From Felis catus (Eukaryota): a stretch of DNA of 64,000 bases. This document shows positions 32,762 through 45,069 of the stretch, one piece after another; within the stretch, counting starts at the first letter, position 1, and each line of letters begins with the position of its first letter. The translations under genes and the position numbers were made by a program. Location of the stretch: NCBI RefSeq assembly GCF_018350175.1, contig NC_058376.1, positions 806,001 through 870,000 on the forward strand. The letters run 5' to 3'. A model generated the notes under the pieces. The model had not been told where the DNA came from. It made no database searches and was given only the letters and a program-made list of their open reading frames with translations.

Positions 32762-34256
32762 ATCGGTCAGTCTTTGTCCAAGCCTTGCTCCCCCCTTAAA
32801 TGCACGCTAAATAACTTCTCTGGTTTCAGAAAAAGAAGAAAGAACTATGGCTTTAACTTAAAGCCATCCTGGCTGCGGACATATTGCCAACTGGACTGGC
32901 CGACATTCTCTGGGGTTGACTGGCCCCCAGAGGGCTCCTATAATCTTAACCTTGCTTATGCCGTCCGCAGGATTTGTCATGATGTCCATCCTGACCGGGA
33001 GCCATATGCTGTGACTTGGGTCGACCTCCTAGAAGACCCACCTTCCTGGCTGAGAGAGTGCCAGAAATGGCCAAAAGCCATCATCTGGGATTTCCCTTTC
33101 CCACTCCCCTTCCTGCTCTCCTCCAAACTCCAAACCCTTGCTTCCTGTCACTCAGCCTTCAAAGAGGCTTTACCCAGTGCTTCAGGAGATACATGAAGGT
33201 GGGGACTTGTTATCTGATCCTCAGGGACCACCTCCTTATCTGCAGAGCTAGCTATCCCCACTAGCTCCCCAGGAACCAAAAGCCGAAGGAGATCCTTTGA
33301 CTACTCCCCCACATACCAGATCAGGAGCCCTCTATAGAGGAGAACACCAGTCCTCTGATGCCCCAGTTCCCATCCTTCCTCTTAGGCAAACGGCTCCGGC
33401 TCCTAGTCCAGACGGGCAGCCAACACGCCCGATGCTGGTCTACACTCCTTTCTCCACCACGGACCTCTACAACTGGAAAACTCAGAACCTGCCTTTCTCT
33501 GAAAACCCCCAGGGCCTAATTGACTTATTGAGCTCTATTTTCACCACCCACTTACCCTCTTGGGAAGATTGTCACCAACTCTTGCAGGTCTCACTGACTT
33601 CCGAGGAAAGGGCCCGAGTGCTCCGGGAAGCCACGAGAGCAGTCCTTGGCCCAGATGGAATGCCTACCACAGACCTTCACGGAATTGAGCACGTTTTTCC
33701 TTCCGCGCCGCCCCAGTGGGGCCCGAACACGGATAACGGTAGGGAGCATCCACCCCAGTATCGCCAGATTCTGTTACAGGGGTTCCGCGCAGCAGCACAA
33801 AAGCCCACCGATCTGACAAAAATTCATGACACGGTCCAAGGACCGAATGAGTCACCTGCAGCCTTCCTAGAAAGGCTTTACCAGGCTTTCCGCTTATATT
33901 CTCCTATTGATCCTGAGGCAGCAGAGAACCGAAAAACCATTAATACGGATTTCGATTCTCAGTCGGCCCCAGACATCCGTAAAAACTCCAAAAATTAGAA
34001 GGATTCGAAGGAAAGGTGATTTCAGAGTTGGTAGAAATAGCCCAGCGAGTTTTTCAGAGCCAGGACAGCCCTGCCATTGTGCAAGGGAAGGAAATAGGGA
34101 AGGTCCTCGTAGCAGCCGGGGGAAAACCACCGGGCAACAGCAAAGGACAGGGGAGGCCTCAACCCCGCCAGAAAGGACCCCGAGCAACGAGCAACGTTGG
34201 GAAAAAATCAATGTGCTTATTGCAAAAAAGAAGGACGTTGGAAAGATAAATGCCCC
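32762..34256 (+). pseudogene. gag: ERV gag (MA-CA-NC), defective
   Basis: Start codon appears as ATC (IGQSLSKP for MGQSLSKP). MA motif LDWPTFSGVDWPPEGS, CA motif YTPFSTTDLYNWKTQN, NC knuckle CAYCKKEGRWKDKC (H to R). Frameshifts between segments. Confidence 0.9.
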
Positions 34257-36430
34257 AAGGGTTTAAAAACTCCCCTACTCTTTTTGATGAGGCTCTTCGA
34301 AGGGATTTGGTCCCCTACCGGGAGAGCCACCCAGATGTTACGCTGTTACAACATGTAGATGACTTGCTCCTAGCTGCCGACTCCTTAGAGAGCTGCACAA
34401 AGGCTACGGAGGACCTGCTAAGGGAATTAGATGTCCTGGGATATAAAGTTTCTGCAAAAAAGGCGCAAATTTGCTTGGACTCTGTAATATACTTGGGCTA
34501 CCAACTGCATGAAGGCAAGCGATCGCTGGGGCCGGAAAGAATCCAAGCTATCCTCAACATTCCTAAACCCACAACTAAAGGCAGATCAGGGAGTTCCTAG
34601 GGGCCGCCGGGTATTGCTGTCTCTGGATACCCAGTTGCGCTGAAATGGCGAAACCCCTGTACTCTGCCGCTGGGGGTGAAGGAACCGAGATGGTCCGGGG
34701 AGAACAAGAAGATAGGGCTTTGGAGCAGATCAAGAGCGCCCTCAGCCAAGCCCCGGCCCCAGCCTTACCTGCTATTACCAAACCCTTCCAACTATTTGAG
34801 CATGAGATCCGGGGAATTGCGAAAGGGGTCCTAACTCACACTTGGACTAACCAACGCTTGGACAAGACCTTCAGATCACAGGACCTCACCCAGTAGCATC
34901 ACTGCTGCGCTCCCCGCCAGACCGATGGATCTCTAATGTGCGAATCATCCAGGATCAGGTATTGCGTCTAGACCCTCCACGCATCACTTTCCTGAAGACA
35001 GAGGCTTTGAATCCAGCCACGTTGCTGCCTGATAGGGACTCAGAGGCCCCACTCCACGATTGCTTGGAAACCGTGAGTACTCTTACGGGACTGAGGGGGG
35101 ACTTAAGAGATCAACCTCTGTCAAAGGTGGACTTCGAGCTGTTCACTGATGGCAGCAGTCTTGTCGAAGATGGAATCGGATGTGCAGGTGCAGCTGTAGT
35201 GACTCAGGACCAGGTTCTCTGGGCCCAAGTCCTGGAGCACGACACTTCTGCCCAAAGAGCAGAGCTGATAGCCCTAGCCCAGGCCCTCAGATGGGCAAAG
35301 GGAAAAACGGTGAACATTTTCACGGGTAGCAGGTACGCCTTCGCCACCGCCCAGGTTCATGGAGCTCTATATAAGGAAAGAGGACTGTTAACATCAGGAG
35401 GGAAGGAAATTAAAAATAAAAAAGAAATCCTGGCCCTACTGGAAGCCTGATGGCTTCCTAAAAAGGTGGCTATTATACATCGCAAGAGCCACCAAAAGGC
35501 AGACTCGCCCCAAGCAGAAGGAAACGCCTCTGCTGACGCAACAGCAAAGGCCACAGCAGAAAGAGATGTTCTTCCGATTAAGATTTTGCCTCTGCTGCCC
35601 CCACGCTTTCTCCCCACGGGACCGTCTTATACCAAAGAAGAGCTACGCCTGATGAAAACCTAGAGGGCAAAAAGAGATGACCAGCATTGGTATCGCCTCG
35701 AGGATGGACGCATCTTCATGCCAGGAGCTATAGGAGGGACCTGGTGCCCGCAAGTCCACAGCCCTACACATCTAGGGGCAACCTAGTTGTCTGAACTAGC
35801 CCAAAGGGACTATTTTATCCCAAACCTTAATAAAACCGTAAAAAGCCTAGTAGACCGATGCAAAGCCTGTGCTCAGACTAACCCATCTCCCAAGTTTAAT
35901 TTTTCAGGGCAGAGACGACGCGGACAGATGCCTGGAGAAATATGGGAACTTGACTTCACTGAGATGAAACAGGGACTCTATGGCTATCATTATCTCCTCG
36001 TTCTAGTGGACACCTTCTCTGGATGGGTAGAGGCTTTACCCACGACAACAGAGTCAGCTCAGAGAGTAGCTAAGAAATTACTCAGTGAATTGGTTCCCCG
36101 GAGTGGCATCCCTATTGGTCTGGGGTCAGATAATGGCCCAGATATCTAAAATGTTGGCCAAAAGCTTACAAATAAATTGGAAATTACGTTGTGCCTACCA
36201 CCCCCGAAGTTCAGGGCAGGTAGAAAGAACGAATAGAACTCTAAAAGAAACCTTGACTGAATTAATTCCAGAAACTTGCGAAAACTGGGTAGGCCTCCTT
36301 CCTGTTGCCCTCCTCAGAGGGCGCTGTATACCTTACGTAAGAAGGGCATCCCCCCCCCCTTGAAATCCTATTTGGAAGACCACCTCCCTTGCTTCCAAAA
36401 CTGGGAGATGAACAATGGGCGGAAATCTCA
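34251..36430 (+). pseudogene. pol: ERV pol (partial RT, RNase H, integrase), defective; protease and N-terminal RT deleted
   Basis: PQGFKNSPTLFDEAL; LQHVDDLLLA (YVDD to HVDD); RNase H FTDGSS and TSAQRAELIAL; integrase WELDFTE and GSDNGP. Several stops and frameshifts. Confidence 0.92.
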
Positions 36431-37050
36431 AACCAACACCTAGGTTTTGTTCCCCAGTCTCGATTTACGAGGGAACCCATTTCTATCATCCTAGTGCCCC
36501 TCTTTGTAGGACCGGGGGTTGCAGGATCCATTGGCGTAAGTACTGCCGCTCTCATCACAGGGGATCAGAACTTCAAATTACTAAGCAAACACATTGATCA
36601 GGATATATCAGAATTAGAAAGGAATATCGATAAACTGTCTGAATCCATAAACTCTTTAGCCGAGGTGGTACTTCAGAATCGGAGGGGCTTAGACCTGTTA
36701 TTGTTACCACAAGGAGGGCTTTGGATGGCCCTTGGGGGACAATGCTGTTTTTATGTCAATAATTCAAGAATCGTCAAGCAGAGCTTGAGTCAGGTCAGAC
36801 AACGACTAGAGGAAAGAGAAAGGCAAAGATGAATTAGTCAAAATTGGTATGAGTCTATATTCTCCTGGTTGCCTTGGCTAACGACTCTCCTAAGTGCCCT
36901 TGTGGGACCCCTTATCTTTCTCTTTCTAGCTATGACTATAGGTCCCTGTTGATAAAACTACTACTCCAGTTCATAAATACAAAAATAGGATCTATGAAGC
37001 TTATGGTGTTACGTAGCCCATACGTCCCACTGGCCCAAATGCCAGATTAA
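36430..37050 (+). pseudogene. env: ERV env, TM region only (SU deleted)
   Basis: RFTR/EPIS cleavage site, immunosuppressive domain LQNRRGLDLLL, WMALGGQCC (degenerate CX6CC), TGA at 36830-36832, then membrane anchor [16 protein letters not shown] and terminal TAA at 37048-37050. Confidence 0.9.
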
Positions 37051-37077
37051 GGCGATTCAAAGGTTTGAATAACTGGC

Positions 37078-37097
37078 AAACAGGAGCGGGGAGTGTA
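37078..37097 (+). other. Polypurine-tract-like sequence plus the first 4 nt (TGTA) of the missing 3' LTR
   Basis: AAACAGGAGCGGGGAG then TGTA (37094-37097), after which the sequence no longer matches the 5' LTR. Confidence 0.6.
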
Positions 37098-38538
37098 GGG
37101 GGCAGGAGAGCCCTCCCTGGGGCCCTGGCCTCTGCCGTCCCCTCCCCCCCCCCAGAGCTGCATCCAGTGAACACACTTCAAAGGGGCGGGGGCGGGGGCG
37201 GGGGTGGGGCAGGAAGGTATCGGCGGTCCTGCTTCATGGCTCATGGGCTGGAGCTGGAGGCCATCAGCCACATCAGATGAGGGACATCTGTCCTTGCCCT
37301 GCTCCTGCTTATCCACAGTGTCCCCCGCACTTCCTGTCCTCCCTCTCCTGCCTGGCCAAGCACGTCCTGGGGGGCCCTCTCCTGTTAGTCTGGGCCGGGA
37401 GCAGCCTGGGGCTCAGATCCACCGGTCCTCAGCCTCCTTGGGGCCCCGCTGCCCCTGCTGTGTCGATGCCCCCCCACTCCCCTCCCGGTCTCAGGCGTGC
37501 CTGCCAGCCCTGGGCCGCCCCGTCCTAGCTTGACCTTTCCACACCTGCCTGACCCTAAACTGATAGCCTTTGTGGGAGGGCAGTGTCCTGGGTCCAAGGT
37601 GGCCGGTCCCCCTGGTGGGTGGGACCTCCCCTTCGGCTGACCAAGCCTGGGGCCATTCCAGGGTGGGCTTTTCTGGCCCCGAAGCTGGGAAGGATCCCTC
37701 CTACCGGCCAAGAACCAGGATGCAGCCTCAGACCCCTCCTGGCCACGTGGCACTGTCCCTCTGCTTTGTCACCAGTACACACGGGGAACCGAGGCAGCGC
37801 AACTTGCCCTGGGTCACACAGCTGGTGGGGCCGGGGCTGCTGTTCACGAAGCCGTCATCTGGGATAAACTGAAGTTGGGGGGGGGGTCCAGATGGGGAGG
37901 AGGTGGGGCTGGGTCTCACCACCCTGGCTCGTGTCCTGGTCAGCGTCAGCAAGACAGGGCTGCTCTCGGGCCGGCCTTCTGGGCTCCGGGTCTTACCTGG
38001 CTGTGCCCCGAGGCCTGAGTGAATCTGGTGGGGGACGGACGCGGGGCCTGGCCTGGTTCCTGTCACGGTGGCAGAGGACACAGGCCATAGGAAGGTGTCT
38101 GCAGAGGTCCCCGAGCCTCGGCCCCCCCCCAAATCTCCCATGAGTCCTCCCCCTCACCGGGGCTCTGTGCCTCCTCTCTGGAGACCTCCGCGGGGAGAGG
38201 GACCCCTCATTCATTTCCCCACCTGGAGGGCAGAGCCCCCATCGGCTCGGTGCTGCGCCGGCCGGGTGTACCCAGCCGTCAGGACGTTTCCTCACCGTCC
38301 CAAGGCTGATCTGAAAGAGCCAGAAAGAGAAAGCTGTTCTGAGCCCGTGGGGCCTGGGCCCGGCATGCCCCTCGGGCTTGGGGCTGTGGTCCCTAGCCGC
38401 CCCATGGGGGTGGGGGGCCTCCTCCCTCCTCTTCTCGGGGACTCCAGGCGGGCCCACCGTGGGGCCGTGGGTGTCACCGGGCCTGGACCGTGCTCCAGGT
38501 GCGTGGTGTCCCCGGGAGCTTGCGCAACACTGTCTCGA

Positions 38539-38544
38539 TATAAA
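38539..38544 (+). promoter_or_regulatory. LCN8 TATA box
   Basis: TATAAA about 40 nt upstream of the ATG at 38582. Confidence 0.65.
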
Positions 38545-38581
38545 CCCAGGTGCTGGGGCAGCAGAGGCTCCGTGAGCGGCG

Positions 38582-41269
38582 ATGGATGCGGGGCTGCTGC
38601 GTGTCATCCTGGGCACTGTCCTAGTGCGGGTGGAGACGGCCACGCAGGACCTCAATCTACACAAGGTGGCTCTTCTGTCTTACGTGGACAGGTCGGGCAG
38701 GGAGGGGCCTGCGTGTCCGCTCCACCGGCCCCGCCTCCGTCCCTCCAGCCCCCAGCCGACGCCACAGCAGCCACCCCGGGGGCCCCGGGGCCCACCCAGG
38801 TTGCTGAGGGCACGAGCCTCTCCTGGAGACGGGATGTGAGAGCAAGGACCCAGGGACCGGCAGGGCCAGAGCCCTCCCTGAGCGTTTCCTGTGGGCAGGC
38901 CGGCTGGCCCTGCGGGGTCTCCGGGGCCCGGGGCTCAGCGTGGTCACCTCCTGCTCCCGGATCGGTGGGGTCGCCCCCACCCTCCATGGCGCCACACCCC
39001 GTGGCGCCCGGAAGAGGCTTTCCCAGCGTGGGGCCTTTGGTTCCCGTCTAGATGCTTCTTTGCCAGTCTGTGTTGGCTGCTGAGTCAGGAGCACACCAGA
39101 AGGCATAGAGATGACAGACGTTGGGGACACAAATTCTTTTCTCTTGCAAAACGATCAGTTTCTGAGTTTCAGATGGAAGTTCTGGGCTCCAGGTGGGTGT
39201 CCGAAGGCAGAAGTCCCCTCCCCCGGCTGTGCCCTTCCTGCGGGGGACGGTTGCTGGCCGCCCCCTCCTGTCTTTGGGCTCCAGTCACCGCTGGCCCTGG
39301 CGTCCTGGCCCCAAGGACAGGGCATCGCCGTCTGATGGGCCGGAGGGGCTTCTCAGGAGGGTGGTGACCGTCGCTTTGCCACAAGGGCTTGTTGACCTTT
39401 CAGACCTGCCCAGGTGGTGTGGGTCTGCTCCCTGACCCTGCCCCTGCCCCTGCCCAGGTGGTGTGGGCTCTGCTCCCTTGGACGGGGCTCCGGCTTCTCT
39501 GTCTAGATTGTAGGATTTTGGCGAGAAGCTGGTGTGGCCTCCAGCCAAAACCTGGCGCTAGAGACCCCAAAGAGGCTGGAGGCCTTGTTCCTGACCTTGA
39601 GTGGAGATGAGCTGACGGGGAAGGCTGCGGACGACAGGTGAGGGGCCCCAGGGGGTTCCCGGGAGCTCCGGCAGGAACAGGCGCGTGAGGCCAGCCCCAG
39701 GCTGCACCGGCTGTAGCTGCGGGAGCTGGACGGTGTCCCTTTGGTGGACCGGTCCCCGCTGTGTCCAAAATACCAGACCTTGACCCGCTTCCCCAGCCCC
39801 ACACCCCCAGGGTCCCACAGCTGCCACAAGTCAATCTGCTCCTAGATCTGAAGATAAGCGTAGAGTTTTGAAAAAAACCCCATTAACTGAAAAGAGAGAA
39901 AACAGTGCTGGGGCCCCTGGGGGTCACAGACCCAGGGGGGCAGAGGCTGGCGGGGCCCCGGCCCCGCCCCTCCGCCACCCTCGGCCTGCCCCAGGCCCTC
40001 CTGGGTATGGATCCGGGGCTGGAGCCCTTTGTGAAGATGCGTTCCCCTCTCCGCACTCCTGTTATGGGGCCCGGCACAAGGAACGCCGGCCGGCCTTTCC
40101 CTAATGAGCCCTTTGCTCCCTTCCAGCTCAGGAAGTTGTGAGACAGAAAACATAGTGGGCTCAGAAACCGATGTTTCGGGGAGATTTGTTTTTCCTGGTA
40201 AGAACCGCTGCCCGGTTGTCACAGTTACCACCCCCTGGCCCTGCACGCCAGCTCTCCTCGGCTCTGCCGTTCCCTGCGCTGTTCTTCATGCTGTTCCCTG
40301 TGCTCCTCCTCATGCCCCAGACCCTCCCATTCTCTCAGCACAAACTGGGCCATCGTTCAAGGCCTGGGTCCCCCCGGCCCTCTGCCTGGTGTTACTGGAG
40401 GGTCTGGATGCTGGTCGGGGACAGGATGGAGTCAGACCCTGCCCAACCCGGTGCACGCGGGCTCTCCTCCCCCCGCCCCCCAGGCCACAGGGAGATCCAC
40501 GTGATAGACACGGACTACGAGCAGGACGCCATTCTGAGGGTGTCCCTGCACTGGCAGGGCCAGGATTTCCACATGCTCAAATACTTTAGTAAGCGCACCC
40601 CGCGGTGGGGGCTGGCCTCGCTCCCGCGTCCCGGGGACGGCCCAGCCCAGCCCCCTGGTGTCCCCACAGCTCGGAGCCTCGAGGACGAGTACGGACCAGG
40701 CTTCTAGAGGTTCCGGGAGTTGACAGCTGATGTAGAGCTGTACCTGGTGGCCCGGCACGGTGAGTCCCAGGCCTTCCGGGCGGGGGTTGAGCTGGGGACC
40801 CCGAGGGTGGGGTCCGGGGGCCAGTCCCACAGCACCTCACGCTCCCCTGTCCCGCAGGGAGGTGTGCCAAGCTCCTGAAGGAGGTGAGCCTCGCCCCCCG
40901 CTGTGCCGAGCCCCCAGGCTGAGTCTCCCGGCCTGACAGGGGCCCTGGGTCACTCTGGATCCACTCTGCCAGATGGGGACCCTGAAGGCTGGGGGACTGA
41001 GGACAGGGCTGGGAGAGGGAAGGGGAGAGGCGGAGCCCGTACGTCCCACCCAGGTGGGGACACGGACCCCGTGTCTCAGGTTCCCACTGTGCCGGCCCAT
41101 CCCCTGCTTGAGCCCCGAGAGGTGGGGGATTATCACCCTGCTTTGCAGGTAGAGAAACTGAGGCCCAGGGAGGCTGCTCACAGTCATGCATCTAAGACAC
41201 GGGCTCCCACCTGTGGCCCCAACCACTGCCCTGAGGCCCTGCCCTTCTGTGTCTCAGGAGCTGATCTAG
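38582..41269 (+). pseudogene. LCN8: Epididymal-specific lipocalin-8 with premature stop (W143*)
   Basis: Exons 38582-38665, 39507-39637, 40127-40197, 40484-40588, 40670-40759, 40858-40883, 41258-41269, all GT-AG. Peptides IVGFWREAGVAS, SGSCETENIVGSE, GHREIHVIDTDYE, RSLEDE, ELI* match LCN8. TAG at 40705-40707 where human has GFWKFRELTAD. AATAAA at 41357-41362. Confidence 0.92.
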
Positions 41270-42989
41270 AGGATCCCCTGACCCCAGGCCAGCATGGTCC
41301 GAGCCCCCACCCGCCTGGCCTGCCCTGGCCCCAGGGGGCGGCTCGCACCCGCTCCGAATAAACCCCATGCCAAACCCACTGCCCTGAGTGTCTTTCTTGG
41401 GAAGGTGGGCCTGGGGGGTGACAGGTGGGTGCAGTGGGTGTGTGTCCCATGACTTCCCTGAAGCAGCAGCAAAGCTAAGTGTTGCGTGTTTGTTCACCGT
41501 GAACGGTGGCATGTGTGAACCACTCAGGTCCCGTCCCTGGCTGGACCTTTGCCCAGACAGGGCTGGGCTGGGGGGCCGCCTCTGGGCAGGCTGTCCCGTG
41601 TTTCCTTCCCTGTGGGGCCCGGGGGCCACACAGCTCAGACGCAGGGTGACAGCCCCTGGAACCTCCCCCCTTCCCGCCTGGAGGGTCTCACCCGGCCCTG
41701 CCCTGCTCGGGGCCCACGAGCCAGGCTCCCCGGGTGCGTGGGCCCCGCAACCATCCTCCCACCACTGTCCCGCTCCCAGAGAGCCTGAGCGGCCCCGAGC
41801 CGGGCATCCTTGAGCTGAGCTGCTGGTTTAGTCTCTCAGATGAAAGGGGACCACACTGCATTTCTGCCTACATTCTCCCATGGCTCCCTCTTGCCCGAAA
41901 GTCAGATCCCACAGGCATGCAGCCCAAAGTCCTCCAGTCAAGGCCGCTCTTCTGTCCACCCGCTGGCTTCCACCCACCCTCCCCTGCGTGATCAGCTCAG
42001 CCCTTTCAGTGTCCGGGTCCCCTCATGCACCCTGTCACCCTGTGTCCTACACTGACCGATCGCCCCACTTCCTTTCCATCAGCTGGGGCTGAGACCACAG
42101 GGCAGACAGGGTGTCCTGGTCAGGGCAGAGAAAGTGGGGAAGGTCTCAGCCTAGGATGACCAGGCTCACAGGGAGCAGCTGCCTCACGGGTGAGGCCAAG
42201 CAGCGCTGGGGGGCTGGTGGGGACCGGCCCAGCCCCAGCAGAAACCGCCCCCGCTCAGGCGTCCGGCACCCTCCGCCAAGGCCTGCCTGGAGGGAGGCCT
42301 GCCCGAGGCGGGGGCCTGCCCGGGACCTGCCGGACCGAATCCCGAGCCAGGCTCCCGACAGACCCATGTTGCTCGAAGCTGCCCCTGACAGGTTAGAGGG
42401 GACAACTGGGACTTTCCACGCATCCGTCCGCCCGAAGCTCACAGTGCTGGGTGGTCCGCGTGCCGGTGGGCTCACCGGCTCGGGCAGCCGCCACAAGCTC
42501 CACGGGCCTGGAGGGGGGGCGGCGGGGCTCGGGGAGCAATGCGGCACCAAGAGTTTATGTCTCACGCATCTGGAGCCCGGGTGCTGATGGGTCGGTCTCT
42601 GCTGAGAGCCCTCTTCCGGCCTGGAGCCCGTGGGTTTCCGGCTGTGCCCTCGCCAGGCCCCTGCCCCACACACCCCGGAGAGACCTCTGTGTCTTGCCTC
42701 CCTCCTCTCAGAAGGGCGCCAGTCCTACCCTCACGACCTCCCCCCACCCCGTCACCCCCTCAGAGGCCCCGTCTCCAGGCACAGCCACAGTGAGGATTGA
42801 GGCTTCAACCGTTGCATTTCTGGAGACACGATTCAGTCCCTAACGAAAGCCAGCGGGATTCAGAGGCTGACTCTGGGTCCAGGGCCTCCGCACTGCGTCC
42901 TAAGTGCACGCGCTGCTGGACGTACGAGGAAACAGAAAAGGACGGCTGAGCTGCACACAACGAACAGGAGCGCTGCTAAATGTGACCCG

Positions 42990-43180
42990 GGGGCGCCTGG
43001 GCGGCTCGGTTGGTTGAGCATCTGACCGGCTCAAGTCATGATCTCACAGTTCGTGAGTTCAAGCCCCGCGTCGGGCTCTGTGCTTCAGATTCTGTGTCTC
43101 CCTCTCTCCCTGCCCCTCCCCTGTTCACGCTCTGTCTCTGTCTCAAAAATGAATAAACATTAAAAAGAATAAAATCAAAA
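42990..43180 (+). mobile_element. SINEC_Fc-type carnivore SINE with internal deletion
   Basis: GGGGCGCCTGGGCGGCTCGGTTGGTTGAGC head, CT-rich segment and A-rich tail; degenerate TSD AAATGTGACCCG / AAAAGTGAGCCG. Confidence 0.9.
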
Positions 43181-43850
43181 GTGAGCCGGAGAAGATCCGT
43201 GGGCAGAGCGAGAAGACAGGTGGAGAGCGGCCTGGTACGGACACAAAGGGACGAAAGGAAGGCAGGCTCAAGGGACTAACTCGCCGACGAGACGGCAGAA
43301 TTAAACAGCTGGCTAACGAACCCAGAACGAGCGAGCCAATGGGGCCGGGGGGCAGCGCGACGGGGGCCACCAGGAGAGCCAGGCGGGGACGCCAGTGCCG
43401 CGTGGCACAGCAGCCGAGACGAAAGCTTGCCCGGACGGGCGTAGGGGACCGCAGGGGGCACGAGCCAGTGGCCGCGAGCCCGGGACACGCCGGCACAGGC
43501 TGTCTAAGCTGAGGAGCAGAGAATGACCGCCAGTGGCCGGGGTCGGGCGTGTGAAGTGCTCCCAGGAAGAGAAGGGAGCGAAAATTGGGCAGAAAAAGAT
43601 TTGAAGAAACAGAGGCAAAGATATGCCCACTTGACCGAACACGTCCCGGGCGCAGGGAAGCCAGAGCAGGATGAAAGAAACCACCCCCAGGGACATCGTG
43701 CTCAAGTGGACGCAGCGGCTTGGGGACGACGTTCACGGAGCCGCAGAGAAAAGGCGCTTCGCAGCCAGAGGCCGTGACACCTGGCTTCTCGTGGCACGGG
43801 ACGCAGGCACATCTCTGAAACCAACTCGGAGTTCTGGGAAATCAAGTGTA
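43180..43850 (+). mobile_element. Ancient L1 ORF1 relic, GC/CpG-enriched
   Basis: ORF 43671..43904 ETTPRDIVLKW...GAAEKRRF resembles L1 ORF1 KTTPRHIIIKL...KAAREKR. Confidence 0.6.
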
Positions 43851-43857
43851 TTTTTAA

Positions 43858-44056
43858 GTGTATTTTTAAAATTTATGTATTTACTCTTGGGGTGGGGGGC
43901 ATGAGCAGGGGAGGGGCGGAAAGAGAGGGAGGGAGAGAATCCCAAGCTGACTCAGGGCAGAGTCCGACGCGGGGTGCAAACCCACGAACTGTGACATCCT
44001 GACCTGAGCCAAAATCATGAGTGGGATGCTTAGCCGACTGAGCCCCCGGGGGCCCC
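43858..44056 (-). mobile_element. Carnivore SINE (older CanSINE type)
   Basis: T-rich tail, GAGAGAATCCCAAGCTGAC...GACCTGAGCCAAAATCATGAGTGGGATGCTTAGCCGACTGAGCC. Confidence 0.8.
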
Positions 44057-44847
44057 AATAAAGCTACGCTTCGAGAAATCAACGTGGAGAGATTTCTCCC
44101 TCGTTTACCTGTGGCACAATAAATTACTGCTAGCGTGTTCCTCAGGCAGAGGGAAATTGCAGGCGACGCCCCCCGAGGTCCGCGGGGAGGACGGCGGCGC
44201 AGGGGATGCCGGGAGAGCGCGCTCAGCGGGGACAGAGGGTCAGTGACCTCCCGTGATCGCAAGACTCCGCTTCTCCGCCACGTGTTTCTTGCCTGTCAGT
44301 CCGGACCCAAGAACGCTCCCTTCTTTCCTCTAGAGGCGCAAACCTGTCCAGATCTGTCCAGTGGGGGCTCCCCCCGGACAGCCGCTGAGTCCTTTTGACA
44401 CACTTCCCTGATTCCTCAAACACGTGTTTACTGGAAACACTCCGAGTCCTTTCCTGTTGTCCGTGACCCCACCCTGGAGTCATCCCCCCACGGAGCCGGC
44501 TCCTTCTTGCAGAGAGCGGTGTTGAGAAAGCAGGATCCGAGAGCCAGGTGCCCCTCGCTCCCTCCTCACTGGGCTGGCATGGGCTTGGCCTCAGCAGAGA
44601 GACGCCCCCCGCTTTCCAACCCCGAGAAGACCGTCGCCCTCTGACGCATCCCGGAGCGCACAGAAAGCCGTTTCGGGCTCGCTCCCCCAAACCGCCGCGA
44701 AGGACGAGCCTCAGAAAATCCAGAACTCAGGGTTTGTTTGGGGTTCCTTTACTCTTTAGCCTGAGAATATACAGAAAAAAAATCAGGGCTGATTCCGCTG
44801 ACCCCGTTCGGGTGTTACATCATTCGTCTATTATACAGTTTGACTCC

Positions 44848-45069
44848 TTTTAAAAAGTTTTAAATGTTTGTTTATTTTTGACAGAGAGAGACAGATGGAG
44901 TGCGAGATGGGGAGGGGCAGAGAGAGAGAGGGAGACACGGAATCTGCAGCCGGCTCCAGGCTCCGAGCTGTCAGCACAGAGCCCGATGCGGGGCTCGGAC
45001 TTGTAAACCCCAATATGATGACCTGAGCCGAAGTCGGACGCTCAACTGACGGAGCCACCCAGGCGCCCC
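44848..45069 (-). mobile_element. SINEC_Fc-type carnivore SINE
   Basis: Ends GACCTGAGCCGAAGTCGGACGCTCAACTGACGGAGCCACCCAGGCGCCCC, with GA-rich segment and T-rich tail. Confidence 0.92.

Noticed and set aside
36389-36832. Env TM ORF as a domesticated syncytin-like gene
   Set aside because: No signal peptide or SU, a non-ATG start inside the integrase tail, a degenerate CX6CC and a stop before the membrane anchor.
37100-37400. Possible LCN15 3' exons upstream of LCN8 (ELEAISH)
   Set aside because: Similarity to LCN15 is too weak and there are no matching splice boundaries.
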